Part shown: piece after piece, positions 36,810-51,427 of the stretch
How positions within the stretch are numbered: the first letter of the stretch is position 1
Layout of the letters: each line of letters starts with the position of its first letter
NCBI RefSeq assembly: GCF_006345805.1
Contig: NC_043002.1
Location: forward strand, 115,630,001 to 115,694,000
Direction of reading: 5' to 3'
Source: Octopus sinensis
Lineage: Eukaryota
Length of the DNA: 64,000 nt
Notes under the pieces: model-generated
Told to the model about the DNA's origin: nothing
The model's input: the letters and a program-made list of their open reading frames with translations, nothing else
Databases searched by the model: none
Made by a program: the position numbers and the translations under genes

Positions 36810-37199
36810 ACATACATATAGATATATATATATATATACATAATATATTATATTATATATACATAATATAGAATATATATACATACATAATATATATATA
36901 TAATACATATATATATAATACATACATACATACACATATATTATGTTATATAATATATATATATACATACATATATATATACATACATACATATATATAT
37001 ATGTATATATACATACATATATATATATACATATATATACATACATACATATAATATATTATAATACATACATATATATATATATACATATATATACATA
37101 CATACAATATATATATGTATATATATATAACATACTATATATATAATACATATATATACATACATAGATACATATATATATATATACATACATATATAT

Positions 37200-37270
<71 letters not shown>
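36665..37270. repeat. (TA)n/(TACA)n microsatellite block
   Basis: Direct inspection. Confidence 0.95.
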
Positions 37271-37380
37271 TTATTTAAAGCAGCAGAAAATTCAACAAAA
37301 CCTGTTACTCTGAGTTTCACGAACGAGAACATGAAACTCAGAGTAACAGGTTTTGTTGAATTTTCTGCTGCTTTAAATAA
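37271..37380. repeat. Perfect 49-bp inverted repeat with 12-nt spacer
   Basis: 37271-37319 is the exact reverse complement of 37332-37380. One arm also occurs at 34868-34905 downstream of a CTGATGA..GAAAC motif. Confidence 0.95.
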
Positions 37381-37651
37381 AGCATATTACTCTACCCCTG
37401 GTATTTGAGTACTCTTTTTTTCCACCTTATTTCACATTTATGTGTTAACTCCGGTATATATATATATATATACATCCATGCTAGCATGGAAAACGGACGC
37501 TAAACGACGATGATGATGATGATGATATATATATATATATATACATACACACATGTATATATATACATATATAATCATATATATATATACACACGTATAT
37601 ATATACATATATAATCATATATATATATATATATACACACACATGTATATA

Positions 37652-37813
37652 TACATATATAATCGACCCCAGTGCGTTACTGGTACTTAATTTATTGACC
37701 CCGAAAGGATGAAAAGCAAAGTCAACCTCAGCAGAATTTGAACTCAGAACGTAGCGGCAGACAAAATACGGCTACGCATTTCACCCAGTGTGCTACCGTT
37801 TCTGCCAGCTCGC
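37652..37813 (-). mobile_element. tRNA-derived SINE family B, 3'-truncated
   Basis: CCCCGAAAGGATGAAAAGCAAAGTCAACCTC and TTTCTGCCAGCTCGC. Confidence 0.8.
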
Positions 37814-38318
37814 ATATATATATATATATACATATATTTATATATATGCATATATATATGTGTGTATATATATATATATATATTATATATATTTTTTTTT
37901 TCGATTAGATTTATTATTATTATTACTAATATTGTTGTTATACATACATACAAGCATATGTAATGATAATAATGGGTGGATGTAAACACATGAACAAAAT
38001 TAGAACAAAAGCAACAACAACAAAAACAAAATACAAATTACAAGAATGTATATAAACAGAAGATACAAATATTACAGGCATCACCCCCACCCCCCACACA
38101 CACACTAAATAAACATAGACGCACATAGAGATATAAGCATGTGCAAATGAAGACATGCAATAGAAATACAAAATGGCTGACGGTTAGTAAGGAGAGACAC
38201 AAATAAATGAGAAGAAAACAAAGGACCACTGATGCGGTCACAGGAGTGTGACGAAAGAACTTTGGCCGAAATAAGATTAAGATTAATGTAAAAATAAATA
38301 TCACTGAAGCAAAATAAC

Positions 38319-38418
38319 NNNNNNNNNNNNNNNNNNNNNNNNNNNNNNNNNNNNNNNNNNNNNNNNNNNNNNNNNNNNNNNNNNNNNNNNNNNNNNNNNN
38401 NNNNNNNNNNNNNNNNNN
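38319..38418. other. Assembly gap (100 N)
   Basis: Run of exactly 100 N, a typical placeholder for unknown gap length. Confidence 0.99.
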
Positions 38419-40764
38419 TGCTATTGAGATTAATAAAAGTTATGAACAATGGCAAACAACTTACATAATAAACCTGCAGGACTGCTTCATAGTCAGTGAA
38501 TACAATATAAGAAAGATACTGTTTTAAGCAAACAAAAGCCAAGGTTGAAACTGTTAACTTGTACCTTCAGGTGATTTGGTTCAATATTTCAACCAACATT
38601 TCCGATGCATTATTCTTATTTGTAGCTGGACTTACACCTCCCCATATATGGCAAAACAATCAATTTTGACTGTGCTAATGGAAGAGTTAATGAAGACAAC
38701 ATACTAAGCAATAACTTAAGTCAAAATGCAGTACTAGTAATGATATTTATTGTTGTTAATAATGATGTGTTTGTCCGTGAGATCTCAGCAAACTAAGTCT
38801 CAAATCCAGTTGCAACTCTGTTCATTTTATCACTAATGGTTCATGGAAAACCAAAACCCTCCCCACTTTCTACTCACCCTTCTTGTAAAACATTGTTGCT
38901 ATTATTATTACTATTATTATAAAAGTGACAATACTAACTTTTAATTGAGCACGGTGCTCTTTTTATATATTAAAATCAGTTTTTGTTTATTTTATATTGG
39001 AGACTAGTTAATTAAATTAGTATATCAAAATTTATATATTAGAGCTAGTTTTTATTTACAAGACAAGTTCTTTAAATTAACCACAGTATATCACTAGTAT
39101 TTTTTAATATCAAGTTCAGTGAAATGAGAAGCACAATTGATCTTGTCATAATATGAAATCAGGACAGTGAACAATAAAGCTTTCACAACCACTCTCAACT
39201 ATGTTATTGAGACTACTATTATATTGCCAAACCTTACCATTTTACAAAAGTAACCTACTTTGTACTATACATCCACACATAACATTTATGAAATAAGAAA
39301 AATGCCCAAGTGCATTTTTCCACTGAAACATGTTTGGTAAATGAAATATATCTACAGTGTACTTATATTAAATCATAGTTGTTCAAAGTTTTATTTTAAA
39401 TCTCAATATTTTACAGCATTCAAATACTCTAATAAATAATTACACTAAACTACTTACATCAAAATGAAAATTACACACCCTGGATTCCCCCTAATACTGT
39501 AGTATAAAACATTTTTGGAGAATAAACAGAGTATGTCTATAAATGTCAGATTGTTCATTTAGAATCCAGTTAACATTTAAAAATGGTATTTATTTTATAC
39601 TGAGAATTGGTTATCTATGACTTTAGAGGAAATAATAAACAGTAACCTTTAGTTGAACCGAACAAAGCAGATAAAAGTAGGCTATGCAAAAGATTATATG
39701 GGGATGTTCTCATAAACTGTAAGCGCCAGTCATATGTCAGGTCGCATCACAAATTATTTTAAAATGTTCTGAGTAACAACATTTTATATTTCCAGTTAGT
39801 GATTGGAGTATAATTTCAAATATTGTATTTTGAAGCCAGAGTTGATTTTCTACACTTGTTTGAATATTTCTGTGTGAAATACCTTTATAAATTTCAATGT
39901 AGTCATTCAAGCTTGAAATTCAAACATTTCAACATAACCTTTTCAGTTATGATGACTATTCTGTGAAACATATATTCAATAGTGCATTCAGTAACACACC
40001 TAGAAGTTCTTTGTCACACAATCAAGAAATATCTATCTTTTCAGTTTTGACAACAATTGAGTTGGTTATTTGTTGAATATATCTTTGATATTTTGTCATA
40101 TAACATATTGTGCAGTTATTCGGTAACAAGTCAAAACTCCAGAAATTAAGGAGAAACAATATTGTAATCTCTAACATCTTTATTTATAAGGATTTATGAA
40201 AGATCATTGAACTGAAAACATACCAAACAGAAAACTATTACACATCTGTTATAGCCTAATTTATTGGCTTATGAAAATTTAACAATAAACTAGGACCAGA
40301 TTTTACAGTTTGTAAAGTATCAGTCTAACTCTGTTATGCCTTTTCCTAATATAAAGAATAAATAAATGGTAAAAATTTCAATAAAACAAGCTTTTGAAAC
40401 TAGCAAGTAAAAGTTGAGTAATTGTATTTAGCATTTTGTGAACTTCAATTATAAAGTGTATCTAGATGTATAGGTAGGTTTATTTCACCAGCCAGTCTGC
40501 CTACCTGAATCTTTCCTAAATGTTAAAAGATTTTTGGTTCTTTATTACAATGATATCATTTGGGGATGAGTGGGATTTAGTTCATAAAAAAAGATGAATG
40601 TTAGATTTAATCTGAAAGTATCAGAAATTAAGTGTTGGTCATAAACAAGCATCATAGAAAATCTGAGTACAATGAAAAGGAGATTACCATATATCTAATT
40701 TATATTTGAGGTAGGTTTTGTACATATGTGTATTTCTAGCTTCTTGCCGCTAATTTTCAGATGT

Positions 40765-40977
40765 ATTCTTTTATTCTTTTACTTGTTTCAGTCATTTGAC
40801 TGCAGCCATGCTGGAGCACTGCCTTTAGTCGAACAAATAGACCCCAGGACTTATTCTTTGAAAGCCTAGTACTTATTCTATCGATCTCTTTTACACATCA
40901 ACATCAGTTGTCAAGCAATGGTGAGAGGGACGAACACAGACACGCAAACATACACACACACACACACACACAAACAT

Positions 40978-41039
<62 letters not shown>

Positions 41040-41237
41040 ACACACATTAATATATAAATAAATAAATATATATATATACAATGGGCTTCTTTCAGTTTCC
41101 ATCTACCAAATCCAATCACAAAGCTTTGATCAGCCTGAGGCTATAGTAGAAGACACTTTCCCAAGGTGCTACACAGTGGAACTAAACCCAGAATCATGTG
41201 GTTGGTAAGCAAGCTACTTACCACACAGCCACTTCTA
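40765..41237 (-). mobile_element. tRNA-derived SINE family A with internal (CA)n
   Basis: Reverse complement of the family A copies at 61295 and 61712; internal deletion. Confidence 0.88.
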
Positions 41238-41349
41238 GTGTTTTTTTGTTTTTTTTCTTCTCTGCCACCACACTGCTGAAACTGTGCTGTACAGTTTTAC
41301 CTATGCTTGCTCCTCATTGAAAGCTTTCTCATAGGCACCAGTCTCACTT

Positions 41350-41458
<109 letters not shown>

Positions 41459-42074
41459 CTATCTATACATATATATATATATCTGCAATAATCACAGAAG
41501 TTCTACAACATTAGAGTTACTGTTCATAGTCGTAGAGCTCTTCAGCTGTTAAAAAATGATATATCAACTAATTTGTGACCGGGTACTCAAATTTTCCAGA
41601 TGCAAGTTCAAATTACAGTCATAACCTAATATAGTCTTCCTTGTTATGAATACATAAAGCATAGAATAAGATGCCAAACTCATATAATGATCTCTCCTGC
41701 AAAATGCACAGAAGACTTGAAATTAGCTTAATGTGAGGTTCACTGTGAATAGACTGGTTGCAGATAAACTAGAGACATTTAGTTAACAAGAGGTGCTGTC
41801 CTACAACAAAATGCTGCCAGACAAGTAACGTAAACCCTATGAAATCCCACAATGATATCAGGCCAAGCAAAATACTCAAAGAGTAAGATGAAAACAGGGG
41901 GTAAACCTAGGATATAAACATATTAGACATAAGCAGTGGTAGAGAGTTATCCTCAACTATAATCCTGGACATAATTGTACCTGTGGAAAAGTAGTTTCTG
42001 TAGGCACCATGATGGAAGCAGATAATCTACAGGGAATGAAATAGTAGGGGGTCAGTATGTATATTATTATTATT

Positions 42075-42714
42075 AAGCTGGCAGGTAAAATGCTTAGCAG
42101 CATTTCATCCATCTTTATGGTCTCAGTTCAATTTCCACTGAGACTGACTTTGCCTTTCATCCTTCCAGGGTCAATAAAATAAGTACCAGTTGAACACTGC
42201 ATATGATATAATCCACTTACTCCCTACCCTAAAATTGCTGGCCTTGTGCCTTTAGCAGAAAGGATTATCATTATTATTATTATTATTATTATTATTAAAG
42301 CAACCTGGCAGAATCATTAACATACCAGACGAAATGTTTTTGTCTGTCTTTATGTTTTGGGTTCACATTCCACTGAGGTCGGCTTTGCCTTTCATCCTTT
42401 TGGAGTCAATAAAATAAGTAGCATTTAAACACTGGAGCCGATGTGATTGGCTAGCCCCATCCTACAAAATTTCAGCCTTTGTGCTTATAGTAGAAAGGAT
42501 TATTATTATTTGGAGGACATACTTGCAGAATCCTTAGAGCATTGAGCAACAATGCCACTAGATATTTCTTCCAGATCTTTACATTCTGAGTTTACATTCT
42601 GCCAGTCATATTTTTGTGGTTGGTAAGATTAGTACTAGCTGAACACTAGAGTCAATGTAATCAACTATCCCCTCCCTCAAAATTTCAGGTCTGGTGCCTA
42701 CAACAGAAAGGATT
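42075..42714 (+). mobile_element. Three tandem family B SINE copies (~42075-42267, 42298-42510, 42512-42714)
   Basis: Each ends AAAATT..GGCC..GTGC...AGAAAGGATT; the first two are followed by (ATT)n linkers. Confidence 0.8.
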
Positions 42715-43838
42715 TATGAACATTATTATTAATGTTCATATTAAAGTCTTAAGACACCAAGTTAATGCTACTAAATCATTTCATAAGACAATACTATCAT
42801 ATAAATAATAATATATACACTCTATTGCTTAATATACGAATGGTGCAATCCCATGGTCATTCATGACCGAAGGTGGTCATTACCTTACCTTTACCTTGTA
42901 TGTATATATGTGTGTTTCTTGTGATGAGTGACAATTCTGTAAATAATATTATTTTTAAAAATATTATTTACAGAAAATACATATATATATATATATATAA
43001 TAATTATTTATTTTTATACTTTTTGTGATCTAGTTATATGTTTTATAAAAATATATTTTATATATTATTTATGTTTTGGTTTATGTCTATCATTGTTTGA
43101 ATTGCATGATAGTGGTTTTATCTCTATAGGAGGAAGAGGTGGCATACATACATACATATATATGTATATATGGTAACTCTTCCTCCTATCACCTATCCTG
43201 CAATTCATAATGTCATAACTTTTCTGACATAAATCACCGTAAATTGTCAAAACTTCCTACATTAAGAAATAATACATTGAACAGTATAGTTATATGTATG
43301 TGTATGATATATATATATATTATATAAATGTATGCACACACACAAAGGTGTGTGTGGGTGTAAATAAAGGCATGAGATCATATACTCAATTACTCAAACT
43401 AGCAACAGTAGAGACACCTGCTTGATAGCATTTCTATTGGTATAACAAAAAGTGTAAATATGCTTAGGTGAATGACAGGAGTGGCATAAAGTATTTATTG
43501 GACTATCCTAGTTCAGAACGTTTTGTATAGAAATAAATGAAGCGCAAAGTCTCCTTTATAAATTCGAATAGCTATGCAGGCTCTCCTGATACAAGATTAT
43601 ATCTGTTTTAGATAACTCAGGATCAGTTTTGCTTGAATTTTTCCACTGTCAAGAATTTATTTTCTACTACCCAGCCTTGTGACATAATTTTCTATATAGA
43701 AAGTGTGTTGAAGCTCATTGTATATATGTATATAGAAAGAGAGAGGTCTCTAAAGTGACAGCGGGTACTACTTAGTACATCTGTCACTTTAGTGACCTCT
43801 ATTAATTTGCCTTTAGGTTGTTAAATTGCTAAGCCACC

Positions 43839-43878
<40 letters not shown>

Positions 43879-43896
43879 ATATATACATATATATAT

Positions 43897-44088
43897 ATCA
43901 TCATCATTTAATGTCTGCTTTCCATGCTAGCATGGGTTGGACGATTTGACTGAGGTCTGGCGAAGCAGATGGCTGCACCAGACTCCAATCTGATCTGGCA
44001 GAGTTTCTACAGCTGGATGCCCTTCCTAATGCCAACCACTCCGAGAGTGTAGTGGGATGCTTTTACATGCCACTGGCACTGGCAACGG
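43897..44088 (-). mobile_element. RTE 3'-tail fragment
   Basis: ATCATCATCATTTAATGTCTGCTTTCCATGCTAGCATGGGTTGGACG ... CAGCTGGATGCCCTTCCTAATGCC. Confidence 0.85.
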
Positions 44089-44096
44089 TATATATG

Positions 44097-44152
<56 letters not shown>

Positions 44153-44189
44153 ATATACACATATGTATGTGCATACATACATATCTATA

Positions 44190-44444
44190 TATATATATTG
44201 ATGAGAACGTCTGTTTGTCTGTGTGAATCCCTAAAACTTGAAAACTATACAAGCAATTTCATTCAAATTTCACACATGCCTTATTTAGTCCATGTAGTGT
44301 CATAAGCCAAACAAAATTTTTAGCTTCTTGCCTAGTGTGAGCCCACGGCAATATCATACCTTCTCCACTATATCTCTCTATTGTAATGTCAGATACTTTC
44401 ACTTTAATAGTTTCACTTTAATACTGAAACTATTATCTCGCATA

Positions 44445-44445
<1 letters not shown>
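44190..44445 (+). mobile_element. Helitron-like 5' fragment (same family as 56288-57310)
   Basis: CCCTAAAACTTGA..CAATTTCATTCAAATT..CACATGCCTTA..CTTCTTGCCTAG..GAGCCCA..GCAATATCATA matches the reverse complement of 57120-57300. Confidence 0.65.
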
Positions 44446-45795
<1,350 letters not shown>

Positions 45796-45797
45796 AT

Positions 45798-46200
45798 GTT
45801 TTAACCCGAAGGCCGTGGCCATGCTGGGGCACCACCGCTCAATGAGCTACACTAAAATGTGAATCCACCTCTGATACGTGGCACTTGATCAACAAGGGAG
45901 TTCGATGCTGCTGCCCGCATCTGCATCTATTGTCGTGAGGTAGGTTCATCTGGGACTCCCAACAAGAAGAGATCCAGTTTAGTTTTAAAGAAACTCACAT
46001 CCACACCATGTAAGTCTCTTAGGCATTTAGGGAGGATGTTAAAGAGCTGTGGTCCTCTGAAACCCAAGCTGTTGCAGTATCTGGTCCTGTATTTTGATGG
46101 TGATGTTGGAATCTTTGGCAACATGCAGTGGCGCCCCGTTCTACGGTTGGGGTAACTTTGAATGCCAAAGTTTGGGACAGATCCTCCAGGATTTTCCAGA
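45798..46200 (-). mobile_element. CR1-type LINE 3' fragment
   Basis: Minus strand: [52 protein letters not shown], the typical CR1/L2-group C-terminus, followed by the 3' UTR. Confidence 0.82.
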
Positions 46201-46219
46201 TATATATATACACAAAAAT

Positions 46220-46314
<95 letters not shown>

Positions 46315-46315
46315 A

Positions 46316-46356
<41 letters not shown>

Positions 46357-46413
46357 AATGTATATATAAATGTATGCACACACACAAAGGTGTGTGTGTG
46401 GGTGTAAATAAAG

Positions 46414-46450
<37 letters not shown>

Positions 46451-46507
46451 CAAATGTATATATATATAAAAACAAATGTATATATATATATATATATATA
46501 TATATTA

Positions 46508-47490
46508 TCGCTCAGAGTAAAAGGCAGACTGTATGATGCATGTGTACGAACAGCCATGCTACATGGCAGTGAAACATGGGCCGTGACTGCTGAGGACATG
46601 CGTAAGCTCGTGAGGAATGAAGCCAGTATGCTCCGATGGATGTGTAATGTCAGTGCAGTGTACATACTCGACAGAGCGTTAGTACCTTGAGAGAAATGTT
46701 GTACCTAAGAAGCATCAGTTGTGGTGTGCAAGAGAGACGATTGCGCTGGTATGGTCATGTGGCGAGAATGGATGAAGATAGGTGTGTGAAAAAGTGCCAA
46801 TCCCTAGCAATTGAGGGAACCCATGGAAGCGGTAGACCCAGGAAAACCTGGGACAAGGTGGTGAAGCACGACCTTCAAACTTTAGGCCTCACTGAGGAAA
46901 TGACCAGCGACCGAGACCTTTGGAAATATGCTGTACGTGAGAAGACCAGGCAGGACAAGTGAGTCCAGCCCACTTATGCATGCCTTTCCTCCCTTGGACA
47001 CAAAGACCTGTTGAAGCAAGCGAAGTCGATATCGAACCTCATCCGACGACAGGCACCCATGCCAACCCCCCTTTGCTTGCGCAGACATGTTGGGTCAAGT
47101 GAAATCGAAATCGAAATCGAAATTGAACCAATCCTATGACTGGCACCCGGCAGATGCCAGGACCCCTGGACTGGTGGTACATAAAAAGCACTATCCGAAT
47201 CGTGGCCGATGCCAGTGCCGCCGCCTCAACTGGCTTCCATGCCGGTGGCACGTAAATTGCACCAATCCGACCGTGGCTGTTGCCAGCCTCGCCTGGCACC
47301 TGTGTGGGTGGCACGTAAAATGTACCCACTACACTCACGGAGTGGTTGACGTTAGGAAGGGCATCCAGCTGTAGAAACATTGCCAGATAAGACTGGAGCC
47401 TGGTGCAGCCTTCTGGCTTCCCAGATCCCCGGTCGAACCGTCCAACCCATGCTAGCATGGAGAACGGACGTTAAACGATGATGATGATGA
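46508..47490 (+). mobile_element. 5'-truncated RTE-clade LINE, same family as 35216
   Basis: GRLYDACVRTAMLHGSETW, RRLRWYGHV, GRPRKTW, stop at 46960-46962, shared 3' UTR and (GAT)n tail. Confidence 0.92.
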
Positions 47491-48121
47491 TATATAGATA
47501 TATATAATAATATATATATATATATATAAACAAATGTATAATATATATATATATTATAAGTTCAGCAAAAATTTAGATTCAAATGAATATGGTACTTAAT
47601 TTAGATGCACCAGAATTCTGTATGGTGTTATCCATATGGTGTGTGTATATATATATATGTGTGTGTGTGTATATATATATATGTGTGTGTGTATATATAT
47701 ATATATGTGTGTATGTGTGTATATATGTGTGTGTGTGTGTTTCTATATATATATATGTGTGTTTGTATATATATATATGTGTGTGTGTATATAGATATGT
47801 GTGTATATATATGTATATATATATGTGTATATATATATGTATATATATATGTGTATATATATATGTATATATATATGTGTATATATATATATATGTGTGT
47901 ATATATATGTATATATATATACGTGTATATATATATATATATGTGTATATATGTGTATATATATGTGTATATATATATATGTATATATGTGTATGTATAT
48001 ATATGTATATGTATATGTGTATATATGTGTATGTATATATATGTATATGTATATGTGTATATATGGGTAATTATTATATATATGTATATATATATATATA
48101 TATATGTATGTATATGTGTAT

Positions 48122-48163
<42 letters not shown>

Positions 48164-48410
48164 GTATGTATATGTATGTATATGTATATATATATGTATA
48201 TATATATATGTATATGTGTATGTATATATGTGTGTATATATATGTGTATATATTTATATATGTGTATATATATATATGTGTGTATATATATATGTGTATA
48301 TATATATTTGTGTGTATACATATATATATATGTGTATATATATATGTGTGTGTATATATATATGTGTATATATATATGTGTATGCATACATATATATGTA
48401 TATATATATG

Positions 48411-48441
<31 letters not shown>

Positions 48442-48443
48442 GT
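47491..48443. repeat. (TA)n/(TG)n/(TATG)n compound microsatellite
   Basis: Direct inspection. Confidence 0.95.
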
Positions 48444-48743
48444 GGTGGTGCAATGGCCCAGTGGTTAGGGCATCAGACTCGCAGTCGTAGGATCGTGGTT
48501 TCGATTCCCAGACCGGGAGTTGTGAGTGTTTATTGAGCAAAAACACCTAAAGCTCCACGAGACTCTGGCAGGAGGTGGTGGCGACCCCTGCTGTACTCTT
48601 TCGCCAGAACTTTCTCTCACTCTTTCTTTTGTTGGCCTGCTCGCTTAGTCAGCGGGGTGGCATCATTGAAGGCTAAAACAATGCAAAGCGCATTGTCACC
48701 AGCAATGTGTAGCAACATCTGATAGCCTGGTCAGTCACGTGAT
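48444..48743 (+). mobile_element. tRNA-derived SINE, distinct family
   Basis: A box TGGCCCAGTGG and B box GTTTCGATTCC followed by a unique body. CpG-rich and flanked by TA repeats. Confidence 0.75.
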
Positions 48744-48836
48744 ACATATATATATATGTGTATATATATATAAAATATATATATATATATATTATATTTT
48801 TCTAATATAAAATACCTGTACATCATCTCCAAACCT

Positions 48837-48876
<40 letters not shown>

Positions 48877-48903
48877 ATATATACGTGGCACATATATATA
48901 TAT

Positions 48904-48934
<31 letters not shown>

Positions 48935-49004
48935 CGTATATATATATATACGTGGCACATATATATATAATATATATATATATATTACGTATATATATAC
49001 GTGG

Positions 49005-49063
<59 letters not shown>

Positions 49064-49096
49064 GTGGCACCGTATATATATATATATATATTTATA

Positions 49097-49305
49097 CGGT
49101 TGGCGCATAAAAAGCACCATCCGAACGTGGCTGATGCCAGCTCCGCCTTGACTGGCTTCCGTAAAAAGCACCCACTACACTCATGGAGTGATTGGTGTTA
49201 GGAAGGGCATCCAGCAGTAGAAACTCTGCCAGATCAGACTGGAGCCTGGTACAGCCTCCTTGCTTCCCAGACCCCGGTTGAACTGTCCAACCCATGCTAG
49301 CATGG
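49097..49305 (+). mobile_element. RTE 3'-tail fragment
   Basis: AAAAAGCACCATCCGAACGTGGCTGATGCCAG ... GGAAGGGCATCCAGC ... CCAACCCATGCTAGCATGG. Confidence 0.85.
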
Positions 49306-49539
49306 CAAGATATGAACTCCTATTAGAATTTACATACCATGGACAAGAAGCATTCCTACCCCTCCCACACACCACTTTCTTTGGATAATGGAACTGCAAC
49401 TATAACATCTTTATACATTTTCATTTTTATTTCTACATTCATTCTCCTATTTCCCTACATACTCCTTATTTGCGTCCTTTTCCAAAATAACTCCTCATAT
49501 TCAACTCTAATATTTCCCTCTATTTAACCATCTCACATC

Positions 49540-49587
49540 GTCTCTGATGAAGGGATTTCCCTAATATCTCAGAAACAGCTGTAAGAC
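49540..49587 (+). ncRNA. Minimal type I hammerhead ribozyme motif in a probable Penelope-like LTR remnant
   Basis: GTCT-CTGATGA-A-GGGAT(ttccctaat)ATCTC-A-GAAAC-AGCT-GTA-AGAC: stem I GTCT/AGAC, palindromic AGCT loop, GUA cleavage triplet. Confidence 0.6.
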
Positions 49588-51427
49588 TAACTTTCTCTTT
49601 ATAAAAATCCTGAAAATTCCACACAGCCTTTGCTTTGTGGTCTCATTTTATTTACCTATATACATATATATATATACACATACACACACATATATATGTG
49701 TATATATATATTGTGTGTGTGAGAGAGAGACTTTGCATTTGTATTTGCTTCCACCCCACCCCCACTGCTTGGTACTGGTTTGTTTACATCCCCTGTGACT
49801 GAGTGGTTTAGTAAAAGACACTGATAGACTAAACAACAAACTTTAAAAATGTAGTGCTGCAATCAGTGTGTTCAATTGAACCCTTCAAGGTGGTGTTGCT
49901 CCAGCATGGCCACAGTCCAAATACTGAGAGCAGTAAAAAAAAATAAATGATAAAAAAGTATTCACTAAAATTGCAATAATTCCTATGTTAAGCTAGTCTC
50001 TTTTTATGCAATGGCATTTTTCTGAAGAGTTCTGTATATTTCAGTTCCTTTGTTTTTAGTTTTCAGTTTGTGTGTTTTAAATTTCCACGGTGCTTCATTA
50101 ATCCTTCTTATAATTATAAACCTCTTTTTTTTTTAATTAGAGGAAGGACAGTACCCATAAACTTTTGCAGGCCCTTATACCTATGTGAAAATTATATATT
50201 AGATATAACACCTAGGTCATTCCACTTCTCCCATCACATCTCCTGTATCTCACTTCCTGTGTCCTACCAACTAAACATTTCCTCTATCTCAATTCATATA
50301 TCCTACTGCACTAAATCTCCCGTTTCAAAACAGCAATTTTCTGTAATTCCTTCCTAAACACATTTTCCAACAGACATCAACAAACAGGTTTTCAAAACTG
50401 AACATTAGTCACATTAAGGCTCCCAAGGAACAAGCTGCACCATTGCAGCTGTTGACACCATGACAATAGGTTGACTCTACTATCCCATTTTACTATTTCT
50501 ATTCTTTTGTTCTTCTATTTCATTCTATGTGTCCATCAACTCCCTATTAGCAATATTTTCTTCATTCCATTTAAATTATCACTTTTGTATTAGCTAAGCT
50601 CCCTCTAATCTCCTCATCTTTTTGTTTTCAGGCTTTGTCAGCTGTTTTGCTCCTAGATTAATTATTATATTTAAACATTTTTCCCTTCAAAGGTATTTTG
50701 CATGCTTTTCTAACTGTGAATAAAACAACCTCTATACCATGTAATAATTTCCTTCACAGGTAGTTAAATTTTGATCATTAGATGACTTTTTTGACCCCAG
50801 ACTTCAACTAGTGAGAGACTTAGTCTTGACTTTCTTTTAAGTAAGTTATAGTGTAAAAATGAACTAAAAATGTCTTTACTGTTATTCAGTGTTTCGTTTG
50901 CCTGTCTTTTTCTCTTGATGTATGGAAAGGTTGTTAAAAAAATAAGTTTCTACTTATTTTTGCTCTTTTGAAAATTTACATACAGTTTGCTATATAAAAT
51001 AAACAGGACTCGCTATAACTTGCAATTTCTAAAATATATGCATTGTCATAATGCCAAAATAGTTATAAATTACGGATGTAGGTTTGAATTCATGACAAAT
51101 TTCAGACTAAAGAAATGTCAGGCAATATCAAAAACAATTAGCATCATGTAAACACCATCCTTTGGTAAGGTGAACAGTATTTGATGTTATCATAAAATAA
51201 TTTAAACATGCTAACGCCAGACAGATAGAATTAAATGATATTTCCTGCTGTTCTAGAAATTTAAATAATTTTATTCCAATTTAAATCCTTTTTCTTTCTG
51301 TATCATCTCACTAGCTACGTATATATAAAATTCAGTCAAATTACAGTAATTCATCGTCATCATCCTCCAACTTTCTGGTCTAAAAACCTGATATTATTAT
51401 GTTGTGGCTTTACAAGTAGCTAGCTTC

